A DNA stretch of 64,000 bases from Methanobacteriota archaeon (GTDB taxonomy: Archaea; Thermoplasmatota; E2; DHVEG-1), in the NCBI GenBank assembly GCA_963769885.1, contig CAVYNH010000006.1, positions 192,001 to 256,000 of the forward strand. Direction: 5' to 3'. Positions 44,271 through 54,506 of the stretch are shown here, piece by piece (within the stretch, counting starts at the first letter, position 1; each line of letters begins with the position of its first letter). Both the position numbers and the translations under genes were made by a program. The notes under the pieces are model-generated. The model ran no database searches, was not told the origin of the DNA, and saw only the letters and a list, made by a program, of their open reading frames with translations.

Positions 44271-45383
44271 ATGCCCAGGCCTGTGAGAAGCCCGCGCATC
44301 CCCCTCTTTGAATGGCTCCGGACCTCAGCTCCGAAAACCAAGTACCCCCTCGGCTTCAGCAACATCACCGGCGTCTCGTATGAGGAGTACCTCAGCCTCA
44401 CCGGGTTCACGATCCCCAGGGACTTCGACCTCGGCCTTGACCACCCCTACGGCGCCGCGCCGCTGACCGAGGCCCTCGCCGCGAAATACCACTGCGCCCA
44501 GGAGAACATCGTGACGACCTCCGGGGGCACCGAGGCCAACTACCTTGTCTTCTCCTCCCTGCTCTCACCCGGAGACGAGGTGATCATCGAACAACCCTGT
44601 TACGGGCCGCTCTGGCTGACGCCGCAGGCGCTCGGCGCCCGGGTCGTCCCCTGGCCGCGTCGGTTCGAAGCTAAATATCAGCTTGACCTTGATCTCCTGC
44701 CAAAGCTGATCTCGAAGCGGACGAAACTGATCGTCCTGACGAATCTGCACAACCCTAGCGGGGTGCTCCTCCCTCGGGCGACGCTGCAGCGGGTCGCCGA
44801 CCTCGCCAGCCTCCATGGTTTCTTCGTCCTCGTCGATGAGATCTTCCTGGATGGCGCGCTGTCGCCGCAGCCGTCGGCCTTCGGCCTGCCGAACACCCTG
44901 GTCACCTCGAGCATGAGCAAGGTTTTTGGGCTTGGCGGCTTGCGGACGGGATGGATCATCGCCCCGGAACATGTCGCGCTTCAATGCCAGGCGACCAAAT
45001 CCCATACCACCGGGGCATCCTCTGGGCTCTCGGAAACGCTCAATGCCTATGTCCTCTCAAAAGCCCAGGATGCACTCCTTGAACGGTTCCGGAAGCGAAC
45101 GCACGAAAACCTAGATGTCGTCAGAGAATGGGTGAGGACAAACCCCGATCTCCTCGAATGGGTCGAGCCCTTCGGAGGGACTATCTGCTTCCCTCGTTAC
45201 CATCTAAAAATTTCATCTCAGCAGCTCTGCACGCAGATGCTCGACTCCTGCGGCGTCCTGCTCGCGCCCGGGGAGCATTTCTTTCAAGATGGTCACGTAC
45301 GCCTCGGGTATGGCATCGACACCGCCCTCCTGAAGCAGGGGCTTCGTCTGTGCACAGAGCATTTTAGGCCAATGAAAAAATAG
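44271..45383 (+). CDS. PLP-dependent aminotransferase class I/II
   Basis: TNLHNPSG, VDEIF, SSMSKVFGLGGLRTGW. Confidence 0.9.
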   Translation: MPRPVRSPRIPLFEWLRTSAPKTKYPLGFSNITGVSYEEYLSLTGFTIPRDFDLGLDHPYGAAPLTEALAAKYHCAQENIVTTSGGTEANYLVFSSLLSPGDEVIIEQPCYGPLWLTPQALGARVVPWPRRFEAKYQLDLDLLPKLISKRTKLIVLTNLHNPSGVLLPRATLQRVADLASLHGFFVLVDEIFLDGALSPQPSAFGLPNTLVTSSMSKVFGLGGLRTGWIIAPEHVALQCQATKSHTTGASSGLSETLNAYVLSKAQDALLERFRKRTHENLDVVREWVRTNPDLLEWVEPFGGTICFPRYHLKISSQQLCTQMLDSCGVLLAPGEHFFQDGHVRLGYGIDTALLKQGLRLCTEHFRPMKK

Positions 45384-45584
45384 CGGCTACGCAGAAAAAA
45401 AGACTGTGTTGAAAAAACGTGCACTATGAATATCATTGTGTGGTTCGAAAAGTAAACCATTGAAAGCGATGTAAGTGTTCCTCAGGATGAAAATGCGGCG
45501 GGTTTCACCTGTTTTTTCTCCTTGGGCGCTAGCTTTTTATAAGATGAACTTCTTACTCTGCTAAAAAATCAGGTGAGGAAAATC

Positions 45585-46223
45585 ATGGAAAGTCCGAAAT
45601 TGCATAACGCGAAACTCTTAGGAGGCATTGGTTCCATCCTAATGCTGTTACTGCCAGTCCCTGCGGCAGGATGGCTTCTTGCCTTGGTAGGCTTTATCCT
45701 CGTCCTCGTCGCCGTGAAATACCTAGCAGACGAGCTCAAAGACCACAACATCTTTACCAACTACCTGTTCTCTTTCATTATCGTTATCATAGGTGCCGCC
45801 CTCTTTGCCATCATCGCCGTCTTCAGTTTCTTATCCACGATCGCCGGAACGAACTGGCAGACGTTCCAGAACCTGACATCGCCCCAGCAGGTCTTCACTC
45901 AGCTCCAATCGTCAGGGCTTCTAACGTTCATCGGCACGCTGCTCATCGCCCTCGCGGTGCTCTGGATCGTCCTAATTGTCTCCGCGATTTTCCTGCGGAA
46001 AAGTTTTAATAAGATCGCCGGCGACACCGGAACCCATCTGTTTCATACCACTGGTTTGCTGTACCTTATTGGAGCTGCGACAACCATCGTTTTCGGGATA
46101 GGGCTCATCATCATCTTCATCGCGTATATCTTACAAATCGTCGCGTTCTTCTCGCTGCCGGATACGCTGCATGCGGCCGCACCTGTGGCTCCGCCGCCAG
46201 TTGCGCCCCCGATGCAGCCATAA
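45585..46223 (+). CDS. DUF996 membrane protein
   Basis: AKLLGGIGSIL..LFHTTGLLY.IGA..IVAFFSLP; AGGTGA RBS. Confidence 0.8.
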   Translation: MESPKLHNAKLLGGIGSILMLLLPVPAAGWLLALVGFILVLVAVKYLADELKDHNIFTNYLFSFIIVIIGAALFAIIAVFSFLSTIAGTNWQTFQNLTSPQQVFTQLQSSGLLTFIGTLLIALAVLWIVLIVSAIFLRKSFNKIAGDTGTHLFHTTGLLYLIGAATTIVFGIGLIIIFIAYILQIVAFFSLPDTLHAAAPVAPPPVAPPMQP

Positions 46224-46260
46224 AATAATTCCGTTCTTTTTTCCTCTTTTTTTCTATTTT

Positions 46261-47541
46261 TTATCCGATGTATTGTCCGATGCGTTCGATGCCTTCAATG
46301 ATTTTCTCAGGGGTCCGGCAGAGCGGGCCGTAGGAGAATCGGATGCCGTGCGCCATGCTGGGGCCGAAGCCGGCTCCGGGGATGACGAGCACGCCTTTTT
46401 CCCGGAGGAGACGGTCGACGAAGGCGAACGGCTCTTCCGTTCCGGGGATGGGGGAGCACGTATAGAGTCCGCCGTCGGGAGTGAGCCGGGGCCAGCCGAG
46501 GTGGCGGTCCATAGCATTCAGCAGGATGCCTGCGGTCTTCTCGTAGAGTCGTCTCGTGGACTCGATATAGGATTTGAGGGTGTGGTCGGCGAGGGTCTCT
46601 TCGAGGAAGCGTGCGGTAGCCATACTGTGCATGGTGTCTGGTGAGAGCAAGGTGGATTCATTGATTTTCTCCAGGCCGGCAATGACGCGGGGGTCTGCTT
46701 CGGCCCAGCCGAGGCGCCGTCCGAGGCTGGAGAGCCACTTGGAATTCGAATGGATGGAGATCACTTTGGGATGATCTTGTGGTGACCAGGAGAAGCAGGG
46801 GGGCATGTCGCCGAACCAGAGGGCCTTGTAGGCGAAGTCGAGGATGAGGTATCGGTCGTGGTCTGCGAGGATCTGTTCGGCTTTGGTGAGGAAGGAGGCT
46901 GGGGGGATTTGGCTGGTGGGGTTGTCGGGGACGGTGGCGACCAGGGCCTTGGCTTTTGGGTTTGTTTTTAAAATTTGGTCAAGGATGGCAAGGGTCTGAT
47001 CGGGGTCGGGGAGGTATTGCCAGGAATGTGAATTGAGTGCCGGTAGGAAGGCCCATTTTCCTTGGGGGAGGGCGCAGTGGACGGCGTTGAAGTAGTTTGC
47101 GTAGGCGGGGTCGAGGAAGAGGATGGTGTCGCCGGGGTCGGCGAGGGTGCGGAGGGTGTCGTGGAAGAGTTGGGTGGAGGACTGTCCGATGAGGATGTGG
47201 TCGGGGGTGAGGTCAGGAACATGGTAGATGGTGTGTTCGAAGGTGCTGAGTTGTTGTCTGAGGTGGTGGCTGCCTTTGATGGCGCTGTAGCGGCCGCTGT
47301 GGTGGAAGAGGGTGTCGTCGGTGATGATGTTATGGTAGGCGTCTTGGAGTTGTGGCGGGGCGGTGTGGTCGCACCAGCCGCCGCCGAAGGAGATGACCTC
47401 GGATGGTGTGAGGCCGAGGGCGGTGAGGTGGTCGTCTTCGGTCATTTTCATGATGGTCTGGATGGGGCTGAGGCCGTGGAGGGTGGTCTGGACGAGGGTG
47501 GAGAGCGGGGGCGTGTAGGTTTTTTTCGGGTGTGCGGCCAT
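46261..47541 (-). CDS. PLP-dependent aminotransferase class I/II
   Basis: VISFGGG, PDNPT, DFAY, SNSKWLSSLGRRLGW. Confidence 0.88.
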   Translation of the reverse strand: MAAHPKKTYTPPLSTLVQTTLHGLSPIQTIMKMTEDDHLTALGLTPSEVISFGGGWCDHTAPPQLQDAYHNIITDDTLFHHSGRYSAIKGSHHLRQQLSTFEHTIYHVPDLTPDHILIGQSSTQLFHDTLRTLADPGDTILFLDPAYANYFNAVHCALPQGKWAFLPALNSHSWQYLPDPDQTLAILDQILKTNPKAKALVATVPDNPTSQIPPASFLTKAEQILADHDRYLILDFAYKALWFGDMPPCFSWSPQDHPKVISIHSNSKWLSSLGRRLGWAEADPRVIAGLEKINESTLLSPDTMHSMATARFLEETLADHTLKSYIESTRRLYEKTAGILLNAMDRHLGWPRLTPDGGLYTCSPIPGTEEPFAFVDRLLREKGVLVIPGAGFGPSMAHGIRFSYGPLCRTPEKIIEGIERIGQYIG

Positions 47542-47606
47542 ACCTGGTGATACCTGGCTTCGCGTTCTTTAAGATTATGGAGTCTTGGGAGAATGAGGTG
47601 GCGGTG

Positions 47607-49709
47607 CTATTCTTTGACCTTGGAGTCGTTTGTATTATTAATACGTTGATAATGTGGCGCCGGTGGTGGGGTCGTCTGGGAGGTGGCCGGGGGCGTGTTG
47701 TTTTTCTTTTTTTTGGGGCAGTCGGGGTTGAGGCAGAGGTCCCATGGTCGTTTGCCTTTTTGGATGATGCGGACCATGGGGTGGCCGCAGGTGTCGCATT
47801 GGGTTTTGGTGATGATGAGGCCGCCGTTTTGGGGCAGGGAGTAGGTTTTGGTGCAGGTGGGGTAGCCGGTGCAGCCGACGAAGCGTTTGCGGTTGCGGCT
47901 GATGCGGACGACGAGGTCTTTGCCGCAGGTGGGGCAGGGGCCGACGGTGTTTTGCTCTTTGACGGCGCTGCGGATGTTGTTTTTGATTTTTTCTTTTTCG
48001 GGTTCGAGGTCTTTCATGACGTTGGTGAGCATCTCGCGGGATTCTTGGACCGTGGCGGTGAGGGTTTTGCGGCCTTCGGCGATCTCGTTCATGTCGGTCT
48101 CGAGCTGGGCGGTCATCTTGGGGGTGGTGACGTGGGCGTCAGTGAGGGCGTCGACGACGGCGAAGGCGGTGGCGGTGGGGATAGGCGGGGAGCCGGTGAC
48201 GTATTTGCGGCTGTAGAGTTTGCTGAGGATCTCGTGGCGGGTGGATTTGGTGCCGAGGGCGAGTTGTTCCATCTTGGCGATGAGAGAGCCTTGGCTGTAG
48301 CGCTGGGGTGGCTTGGTGTGGTCTTCTTTGATGGTGATCTTGGTGACGGTGAGGTGTTCGCCTTGGGTGAGTTTGGGGAGGTCTTTGCGTTTTTCTTTGA
48401 TGTAGGTGTAGATGGTTTTCCAGTTGGCTTCGATGAGGCGGTAGCCGCTGGCGGTGAAGGGTTGGCCTTGGATGTCGATCTTGGCGTGGGTGGTTTCGCT
48501 GATGGTGTCTTTGGCGAGGGTGGCGAGGAAGCGTCGGACGATGAGTTCGTAGATCTGTGTCTGGTCGTGGGTGAGTTTTTTTTCGGTGGGGACGTCGACG
48601 GGGTGGATGGGGGGGTGGTCGGTGCTTTGGAGTTTGCCGCGGGTGGGGTAGTTGCGGCCGTTGGTCAGCACGATGTTGACTTCTCTTGAGAACGCGGAGT
48701 TCTTGAGTTTCTGCAGGATCGCGCTGATGTTGAGTGACGGTGGATACACGGTGTTGTCGGTGCGTGGGTACGAGGTCAATCCTAGGAGGTAGAGTTCCTC
48801 TGCTACCGACATGGCTTTGGCGGCGGGAAAACCGAGATACGAAGCTGCTTGGAGGAAGGAGGTCGTGTTGAAAGGAGAGGGGGGAAGCTCGTTGTGGGTT
48901 TTGATGTCCAAGGTTGTGACGGTGGCGGTTTTGGCGTCTTTTATCTTGTCGTAGACTTCGGTTATTTGTGGGTGATCCCAGAAGATCTCGGTCTCGTGCA
49001 AGGCTTCGAAGGGTTTCTCGTCGTGCAGCTTGGCGATGAGCTGCCAGTACGGCTTGGGTTTGAACTCCTTGATCTCTTTCTCCCGCTCTACGAGCAACGC
49101 GAGCGTGGGCGACTGGACGCGGCCGATGGAGAGGAAGTCCTTGCCGAGGCGCCGGGAGGTCAGGGACATGAACCGGGTGAGGACCGCGCCCCAGACCAGG
49201 TCGATGACTTGTCGGGCCTCGCCGGCGTTGGAGAGGTTGCAGTCGACGTCGGTGAGGTTGTCGAACGCGGTGTTGATCTCGAAGGGTGTGATGGCGCTGA
49301 ACCGCGCGCGCTTCACCTCAGAGATGTTGGGGTTGTACTCGCGGAGGAGGTTGACGACCTCCATGCCGATGAGCTCGCCTTCGCGGTCGAAGTCGGTCGC
49401 GACGATGATCGAGGGCGCCTCCTTCACCAATGTTTTGAGCGCGGAGGCGATCTCCTTCTCGGTGACGGTCTTGCAGGGGTCGACGGTGATGAGCTCGCTA
49501 GGTTCGATCTTGGTCCATTGGTTGAAGCCCGCAGGGTAATCTAGCGAGATGATGTGGCCTTTGAGGCCGATGACGGCCCAAGGCTCGTCATGGCGCGTGA
49601 ACTCGTAAACCGGGATTCTGCCGTGGTGCGTGCTTTTGACCTTTCCTCCGGAGAGGATGTAGGCGATGCGCCGTGCGGCGATCTGCTTTTCGCTTATGAC
49701 GAGTTTCAT
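47607..49709 (-). CDS. topA: DNA topoisomerase I (type IA) with Zn ribbons
   Basis: VISEK, ATDFDREGE, SIGRVQSPTL, SYPRTD, LGTKSTR, C-terminal CxxC ribbons. Confidence 0.95.
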   Translation of the reverse strand: MKLVISEKQIAARRIAYILSGGKVKSTHHGRIPVYEFTRHDEPWAVIGLKGHIISLDYPAGFNQWTKIEPSELITVDPCKTVTEKEIASALKTLVKEAPSIIVATDFDREGELIGMEVVNLLREYNPNISEVKRARFSAITPFEINTAFDNLTDVDCNLSNAGEARQVIDLVWGAVLTRFMSLTSRRLGKDFLSIGRVQSPTLALLVEREKEIKEFKPKPYWQLIAKLHDEKPFEALHETEIFWDHPQITEVYDKIKDAKTATVTTLDIKTHNELPPSPFNTTSFLQAASYLGFPAAKAMSVAEELYLLGLTSYPRTDNTVYPPSLNISAILQKLKNSAFSREVNIVLTNGRNYPTRGKLQSTDHPPIHPVDVPTEKKLTHDQTQIYELIVRRFLATLAKDTISETTHAKIDIQGQPFTASGYRLIEANWKTIYTYIKEKRKDLPKLTQGEHLTVTKITIKEDHTKPPQRYSQGSLIAKMEQLALGTKSTRHEILSKLYSRKYVTGSPPIPTATAFAVVDALTDAHVTTPKMTAQLETDMNEIAEGRKTLTATVQESREMLTNVMKDLEPEKEKIKNNIRSAVKEQNTVGPCPTCGKDLVVRISRNRKRFVGCTGYPTCTKTYSLPQNGGLIITKTQCDTCGHPMVRIIQKGKRPWDLCLNPDCPKKKKNNTPPATSQTTPPPAPHYQRINNTNDSKVKE

Positions 49710-49854
49710 GAATTGCCCCAAGGCTTGTGAGATTGCCTACATGAAATGACCCTATAATATATTTACGCTGATCAACCGCGGAGGGGCTTCCCTTCTGTTG
49801 GAACTCGGGGGTTCAAACTATTTATACGGAAATAAGATGTCCCATGACACGAGT

Positions 49855-50313
49855 ATGAAAGTCCATATTATCCTGGGGTCGAAGTCTGATATGCCCGTGG
49901 CCGAGAAGGCGCAGAAGCTCCTGTCCGACTTCAAGGTCGCGTATGAGACCACGGTCGCCTCCGCGCATCGCACCCCTGAGTACGTCCAGAAGATCGTCAC
50001 CCATAGTGATGCTGATTTGTTCATCGGCGTCGCCGGGCTCGCCGCCGCGCTCCCTGGAATCATCGCCGCGCACACCACCAAGCCGGTCATCGGCATCCCG
50101 GTCAGCGGCAAGGTCAACCTCGACGCGATCCTTTCCATCATCCAGATGCCGCCCGGCGTCCCCGTCGCGGCCGTCGGCCTGGACCGCGGCGACAACGCCG
50201 CCCTCCTCGCCATCGAAATCCTCGCGATGACCAATAAGACGCTGCAGAAAAAACTCAACGATTACCGAGAGAAGATGAAGACAGAGATCATCGCCTCCAA
50301 CCGTGGTGCCTGA
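49855..50313 (+). CDS. purE: N5-CAIR mutase / AIR carboxylase
   Basis: [23 protein letters not shown]. Confidence 0.95.
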   Translation: MKVHIILGSKSDMPVAEKAQKLLSDFKVAYETTVASAHRTPEYVQKIVTHSDADLFIGVAGLAAALPGIIAAHTTKPVIGIPVSGKVNLDAILSIIQMPPGVPVAAVGLDRGDNAALLAIEILAMTNKTLQKKLNDYREKMKTEIIASNRGA

Positions 50314-51260
50314 TGTTCAACCCTGAGAAGTTCATCCAGACTGCCGTCGAGGACCTCAAAACCAAGATTCACGGCAAGGCCCTCATCGCGTTCTCCGGCG
50401 GCGTCGACAGCACCGTCTGCGCCGCGCTCGTCCACAAGGCCATCAGCAAAGACCTCATCGCCGTCCACGTCGACACCGGGTACATGCGCAAGGACGAGTC
50501 CAAGTTCGTCGTTGACATGATGAAGGCTATGGGGCTCAACACCCGGTTCGTGGACGCCAGCGACGAATACTACAAGGCCCTCGCCGACGTCGAGGACCCG
50601 GAGAGGAAACGCAAGATCATTGGGGAGAAGTTCATCCATATCTTCGAACGCGTCGCCAAGCAAGAACACGTCACCTACCTCGTCCAGGGGACCATCGCCC
50701 CGGACTGGATCGAGTCCGGCGGCGCCCTCCGTGATACCATCAAGAGCCACCACAACGTGGGCGGCCTCCCAAAAAAGATGCATCTGACGCTGGTCGAACC
50801 CCTCCGCGATTTGTATAAGGACGAGGTCCGCAAGGTCGCCCGAGTCCTCAACGTCCCGGTCGCTGAACGACAGCCGTTCCCTGGGCCCGGCCTCGCCATC
50901 CGCATCATCGGCGCCGCGACCAAGGAACGCGCCGACATCGTCAGAGAAGCCTGCGACATCGTCGAAAAAGAGATCGAGACCGCGGTCGCTCAAGGCCAGA
51001 TGGAGATGCCCTGGCAGTACTTCGCCGTCCTCATCCCGATTAAGACGGTGGGCGTGCACGGCGACAAGCGCGCCTACGGCTACACCATCGCGGTCCGCAG
51101 CGTCCAGAGCATTGACGCCATGACCGCGGCCTACAGCGACATGCCCCATGAGGTCCTCGACCGGATCTCACGGAAGATCACGAACACCATGGGCGCCAAG
51201 GTCAACCGGATCGTCTACGACATCACCAACAAGCCGCCGGGGACCGTGGAGTGGGAATGA
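50313..51260 (+). CDS. guaAB: GMP synthase subunit B (ATP pyrophosphatase)
   Basis: SGGVDS, IKSHHNVGGLP, RQPFPGPGL, KPPGTVEWE. Confidence 0.95.
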   Translation: MFNPEKFIQTAVEDLKTKIHGKALIAFSGGVDSTVCAALVHKAISKDLIAVHVDTGYMRKDESKFVVDMMKAMGLNTRFVDASDEYYKALADVEDPERKRKIIGEKFIHIFERVAKQEHVTYLVQGTIAPDWIESGGALRDTIKSHHNVGGLPKKMHLTLVEPLRDLYKDEVRKVARVLNVPVAERQPFPGPGLAIRIIGAATKERADIVREACDIVEKEIETAVAQGQMEMPWQYFAVLIPIKTVGVHGDKRAYGYTIAVRSVQSIDAMTAAYSDMPHEVLDRISRKITNTMGAKVNRIVYDITNKPPGTVEWE

Positions 51261-51826
51261 AGATCTATGTCATCGACAACGGAGGCCAATGGACGCACCG
51301 TGAGTGGCGGACGCTCCGCGACCTCGAGGTCGACACCAAGATCGTCCCAAACACCACCCCTTATGCTGAACTCCAAAAAGACGGGATTCATGGCTTGGTT
51401 CTATCTGGCGGCGCGCCCCGCATCGGCCTCGACAGCCCGCTCGGCAACTGCGCCGAATACCTCGAAAAAGCCAAATTCCCAATCTTAGGGATTTGCGCGG
51501 GGCATCAGTTCATGGCCCGCTTCTATGGCGGCGAGGTCAAGCCCTCCGTCGTCCCGGAGTTCGGCAAAATCGAACTCACCATCATCAAAGATGACCACTT
51601 GTTCGCCGGCGTGCCTCGGAAATCCATCGTCTGGGAATCCCACAACGACGAGGTCACCAGGATGCCCGCCTGCTTCACCCGCCTCGCCGAAAGCGAGACT
51701 TGCAAGATCCAAGCGATGCGCCACAAGGAGAAACCGTTCTACGGCCTGCAGTTCCACCCCGAGGTCGAACACACCGAGTACGGTGAACAGATCTTCCAGA
51801 ATTTCATCAAGCTCTGCAAAAAATAA
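51257..51826 (+). CDS. guaAA: GMP synthase subunit A (glutamine amidotransferase)
   Basis: PILGICAGHQ, SHNDEV, QFHPEV. Confidence 0.95.
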   Translation: MKIYVIDNGGQWTHREWRTLRDLEVDTKIVPNTTPYAELQKDGIHGLVLSGGAPRIGLDSPLGNCAEYLEKAKFPILGICAGHQFMARFYGGEVKPSVVPEFGKIELTIIKDDHLFAGVPRKSIVWESHNDEVTRMPACFTRLAESETCKIQAMRHKEKPFYGLQFHPEVEHTEYGEQIFQNFIKLCKK

Positions 51827-51832
51827 AATCTC

Positions 51833-52348
51833 TTATTCCTGTTTTTTCGTCGAGGCACGCGCGATGACGTGGTAGAAGTACTCCAGGACGATGATGACGA
51901 CGAGCATGATGACCGTCGCCGCCACCATGAACACGAAGACGTAGATGAGCGCGATGGACCCCAAGTTCTGCACGAACCAGGGGACCTCTACCACGGTCAT
52001 GATCGCCGCGACGATAAGGGACACGATAATCTCCGCCCGCCAGCTCCGAGGCTTCGGCTCCAGCGTCTCCGCCGGCTCCTTTGTATGCTCCAACAGGTCG
52101 ACCACCCTCGCATCTGGTTTCTCCTCCTCCGTCTCCGGGATCGGGGCTGAGCGGGACTGCCGGAGACCCTCCAAGAACTTCTCGTACTCCCCCTCGGTAT
52201 CAAAGAGAAGCGGCTGCCCTTGGTACCCGCAGTTCCGGCACTGCATCTTCCACGAGGTCACCCCATAGATGATGCCGGCCTTCAACTGGCCCATGAAAAT
52301 TTCTTGACTGCCGCACCGCGGACACGCCTTGATCGTCACAAGACACAC
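51833..52348 (-). CDS. Zn-ribbon membrane protein
   Basis: CPRCGS..CRNCGYQG plus two C-terminal TMs. Confidence 0.7.
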   Translation of the reverse strand: MCLVTIKACPRCGSQEIFMGQLKAGIIYGVTSWKMQCRNCGYQGQPLLFDTEGEYEKFLEGLRQSRSAPIPETEEEKPDARVVDLLEHTKEPAETLEPKPRSWRAEIIVSLIVAAIMTVVEVPWFVQNLGSIALIYVFVFMVAATVIMLVVIIVLEYFYHVIARASTKKQE

Positions 52349-52386
52349 CGTCCTATGGATAAAAGAAATTCCGGAGTCTTACTTAA

Positions 52387-52947
52387 TCATTTCCATGGCT
52401 TATATAACGCATGCTTAATCTGAAGCGAATCCAATATTTTACCGACGACGAAATCAACCAAGTCATTTACCGACTTAGGTTTGTGATAGAACGCGGGCAT
52501 CGCCGGCAGGACCACCACCCCCGCCTCCTTCGCGAGCAGCAGATTCCGAATCCCCGGCAGATCCAGCGGCGTCTCCCGAATAACAAGAATAAGCTTCCTT
52601 CCCTCCTTCAACTGGCAGCTCGCCGCCCGCGCCGTCAACGTATCCTCGAACCCGTGCGCCACTGCCGACAACGTCTTCATACTGCATGGCGCGACCACCA
52701 TCGCATCCAACGGGAACGTCCCGCTCGACGGCCCCGCCCACAAATCCGCGTTCTCATACACCTTGGAGACGAGCCTCTCCACAGCCCTCACCGTGTATTT
52801 CGTCTCGTACTCCAGGATCGGCCCCGCCGACTCCGACACGATCAAAAAAACCTCATGCTTACCCTTAACGAGCTCTTCGACCAACCGCACCCCATAGATG
52901 CTCCCAGAAGCACCCGTGATGCTCACCAACACCCGCACCGCCTTCAC
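52387..52947 (-). CDS. ubiX: Flavin prenyltransferase
   Basis: ITGASG, APCSMKTL, LKEGR..RETP, PAFYHKP. Confidence 0.93.
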   Translation of the reverse strand: MKAVRVLVSITGASGSIYGVRLVEELVKGKHEVFLIVSESAGPILEYETKYTVRAVERLVSKVYENADLWAGPSSGTFPLDAMVVAPCSMKTLSAVAHGFEDTLTARAASCQLKEGRKLILVIRETPLDLPGIRNLLLAKEAGVVVLPAMPAFYHKPKSVNDLVDFVVGKILDSLQIKHALYKPWK

Positions 52948-53684
52948 ACCTCCGAAATCGCTTTGATAATCTGCGGCAGCCGCTGCCGGAAATCCGACGA
53001 CGCCTCCAACGCAGACCCCGTCACCACAATATCAGCCCCAGCCTCGGCCTTCTCCCGCGCCATCCCCGCATCTCGGATCCCCCCACCGACCAACACCGGA
53101 ATCTCCGCCTCCTTCTTCACCGCCTGAATCATCCTATCAGACACCGGAAACGTCGCCCCCGACCCTGCCTCCAAATAAAACAACCGCATCCCCAGATACT
53201 GCGCGGCCAACGCAAACCCCACCGCCGTCTGCACATCATCCTTCCTGACAAGATCAACCTCACCCACCCGACCCACCGTCATCCCCGGCTCCACAATCAC
53301 ATACCCCATCGAAATCGGCTCCACCCCCGACTTCTTCACAAACAACGCGCCCTTCACATGCTCCCGAACCACAAACTCCAACCGCCGAGAATTCATCAAA
53401 CTCATAAAAAACACCGCATCCGCATGCCGACTCAGAAACTTCGCACCAGAAGGAAACAAAATAACAGGCAACCGACACCGCTCCTTAATCGCTAGCACCG
53501 TCGCATCCACCTGCGCCTGCGACGACAACGTCGACCCCCCCACCATCACCGCAAAACTCCCCACCGACTCCACAAACGCCGCAATCTCCCCCGCCTTCTC
53601 CGGCGCCTGCTTATCCGGATCAATCAACGAAAAATGAAGATGACGACGCCTACACTGCGCCACAATCCGTTCTCCAAGCCCCAT
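52944..53684 (-). CDS. Geranylgeranylglyceryl phosphate synthase
   Basis: LIDPDK, MVGGST, FYLEAGSGA, VGGGIR. Confidence 0.93.
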   Translation of the reverse strand: MGLGERIVAQCRRRHLHFSLIDPDKQAPEKAGEIAAFVESVGSFAVMVGGSTLSSQAQVDATVLAIKERCRLPVILFPSGAKFLSRHADAVFFMSLMNSRRLEFVVREHVKGALFVKKSGVEPISMGYVIVEPGMTVGRVGEVDLVRKDDVQTAVGFALAAQYLGMRLFYLEAGSGATFPVSDRMIQAVKKEAEIPVLVGGGIRDAGMAREKAEAGADIVVTGSALEASSDFRQRLPQIIKAISEV

Positions 53685-53714
53685 ACACACCAGCCAGGAG
53701 GCAGACCCCGCTAT

Positions 53715-54506
53715 TTATGCCTTTGCCCCACGAACCAACTCACGAACCACCGACTCCGAACACCCCGCCACCACACTCGACCGCTCACCCACCGAAAACC
53801 CCATATCCAACTCCTCACCCGTCACCGTCCGCACCACCCCCCCAGCCTCACGCACAATCAACGTCCCCGCCGCGATATCCCACACCCGCATCCGCGGCTG
53901 CCCCACCAGATAAAAATCCAACGCCCCACTCGCCACCAGACACAACTCCAGCGACGCCGCCCCCAACGACCGATGATTCTGCTGCAAGGCAATCAACGCC
54001 GCCTGTGCCGTCGCACTCCGCCCCAACACAATCGACGACACCATATCCTTCGACGGGACATCGCACGCCCGAATAGGAACCCCGTTCAGAAACGCCCCCT
54101 TCCCCGCCTCCGCCATAAACACATCCCCTGTCGGGATGTTCTTCACCACTCCCAAGAAGCAGTCGCTGATCCGCGACCGGCCCACCGCCAGCGAAACCGA
54201 GAAAAAAGGGATGCCCCGGTACGCGTTCCGCGTCCCATCCACCGGATCCAACACAAACGTATATTCCCCGCCCATCTCCACAACCCCCGCCTCTTCACTA
54301 CAGAGATTAACGGGATGCTTGGATTTACGGAGAATCCGCAACGCCACATCCTCCGCAGCCTTGTCGATGTAGGTCGTCGGCGTCCCATCGGACCCAATCC
54401 CGATTTGTTTCCCGAACTGGGAGAAATGCTGCCGCTGCTCACGACGGACCCGCGTCGTAATCTGATTCACGACCTTCAAGGCAAGCTGACGGATCGCCTC
54501 ATCCAT
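53715..54506 (-). CDS. Inositol monophosphatase / FBPase family protein
   Basis: SEE, VLDPVDGT, RSLGAASL, WDIAAG. Confidence 0.9.
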   Translation of the reverse strand: MDEAIRQLALKVVNQITTRVRREQRQHFSQFGKQIGIGSDGTPTTYIDKAAEDVALRILRKSKHPVNLCSEEAGVVEMGGEYTFVLDPVDGTRNAYRGIPFFSVSLAVGRSRISDCFLGVVKNIPTGDVFMAEAGKGAFLNGVPIRACDVPSKDMVSSIVLGRSATAQAALIALQQNHRSLGAASLELCLVASGALDFYLVGQPRMRVWDIAAGTLIVREAGGVVRTVTGEELDMGFSVGERSSVVAGCSESVVRELVRGAKA

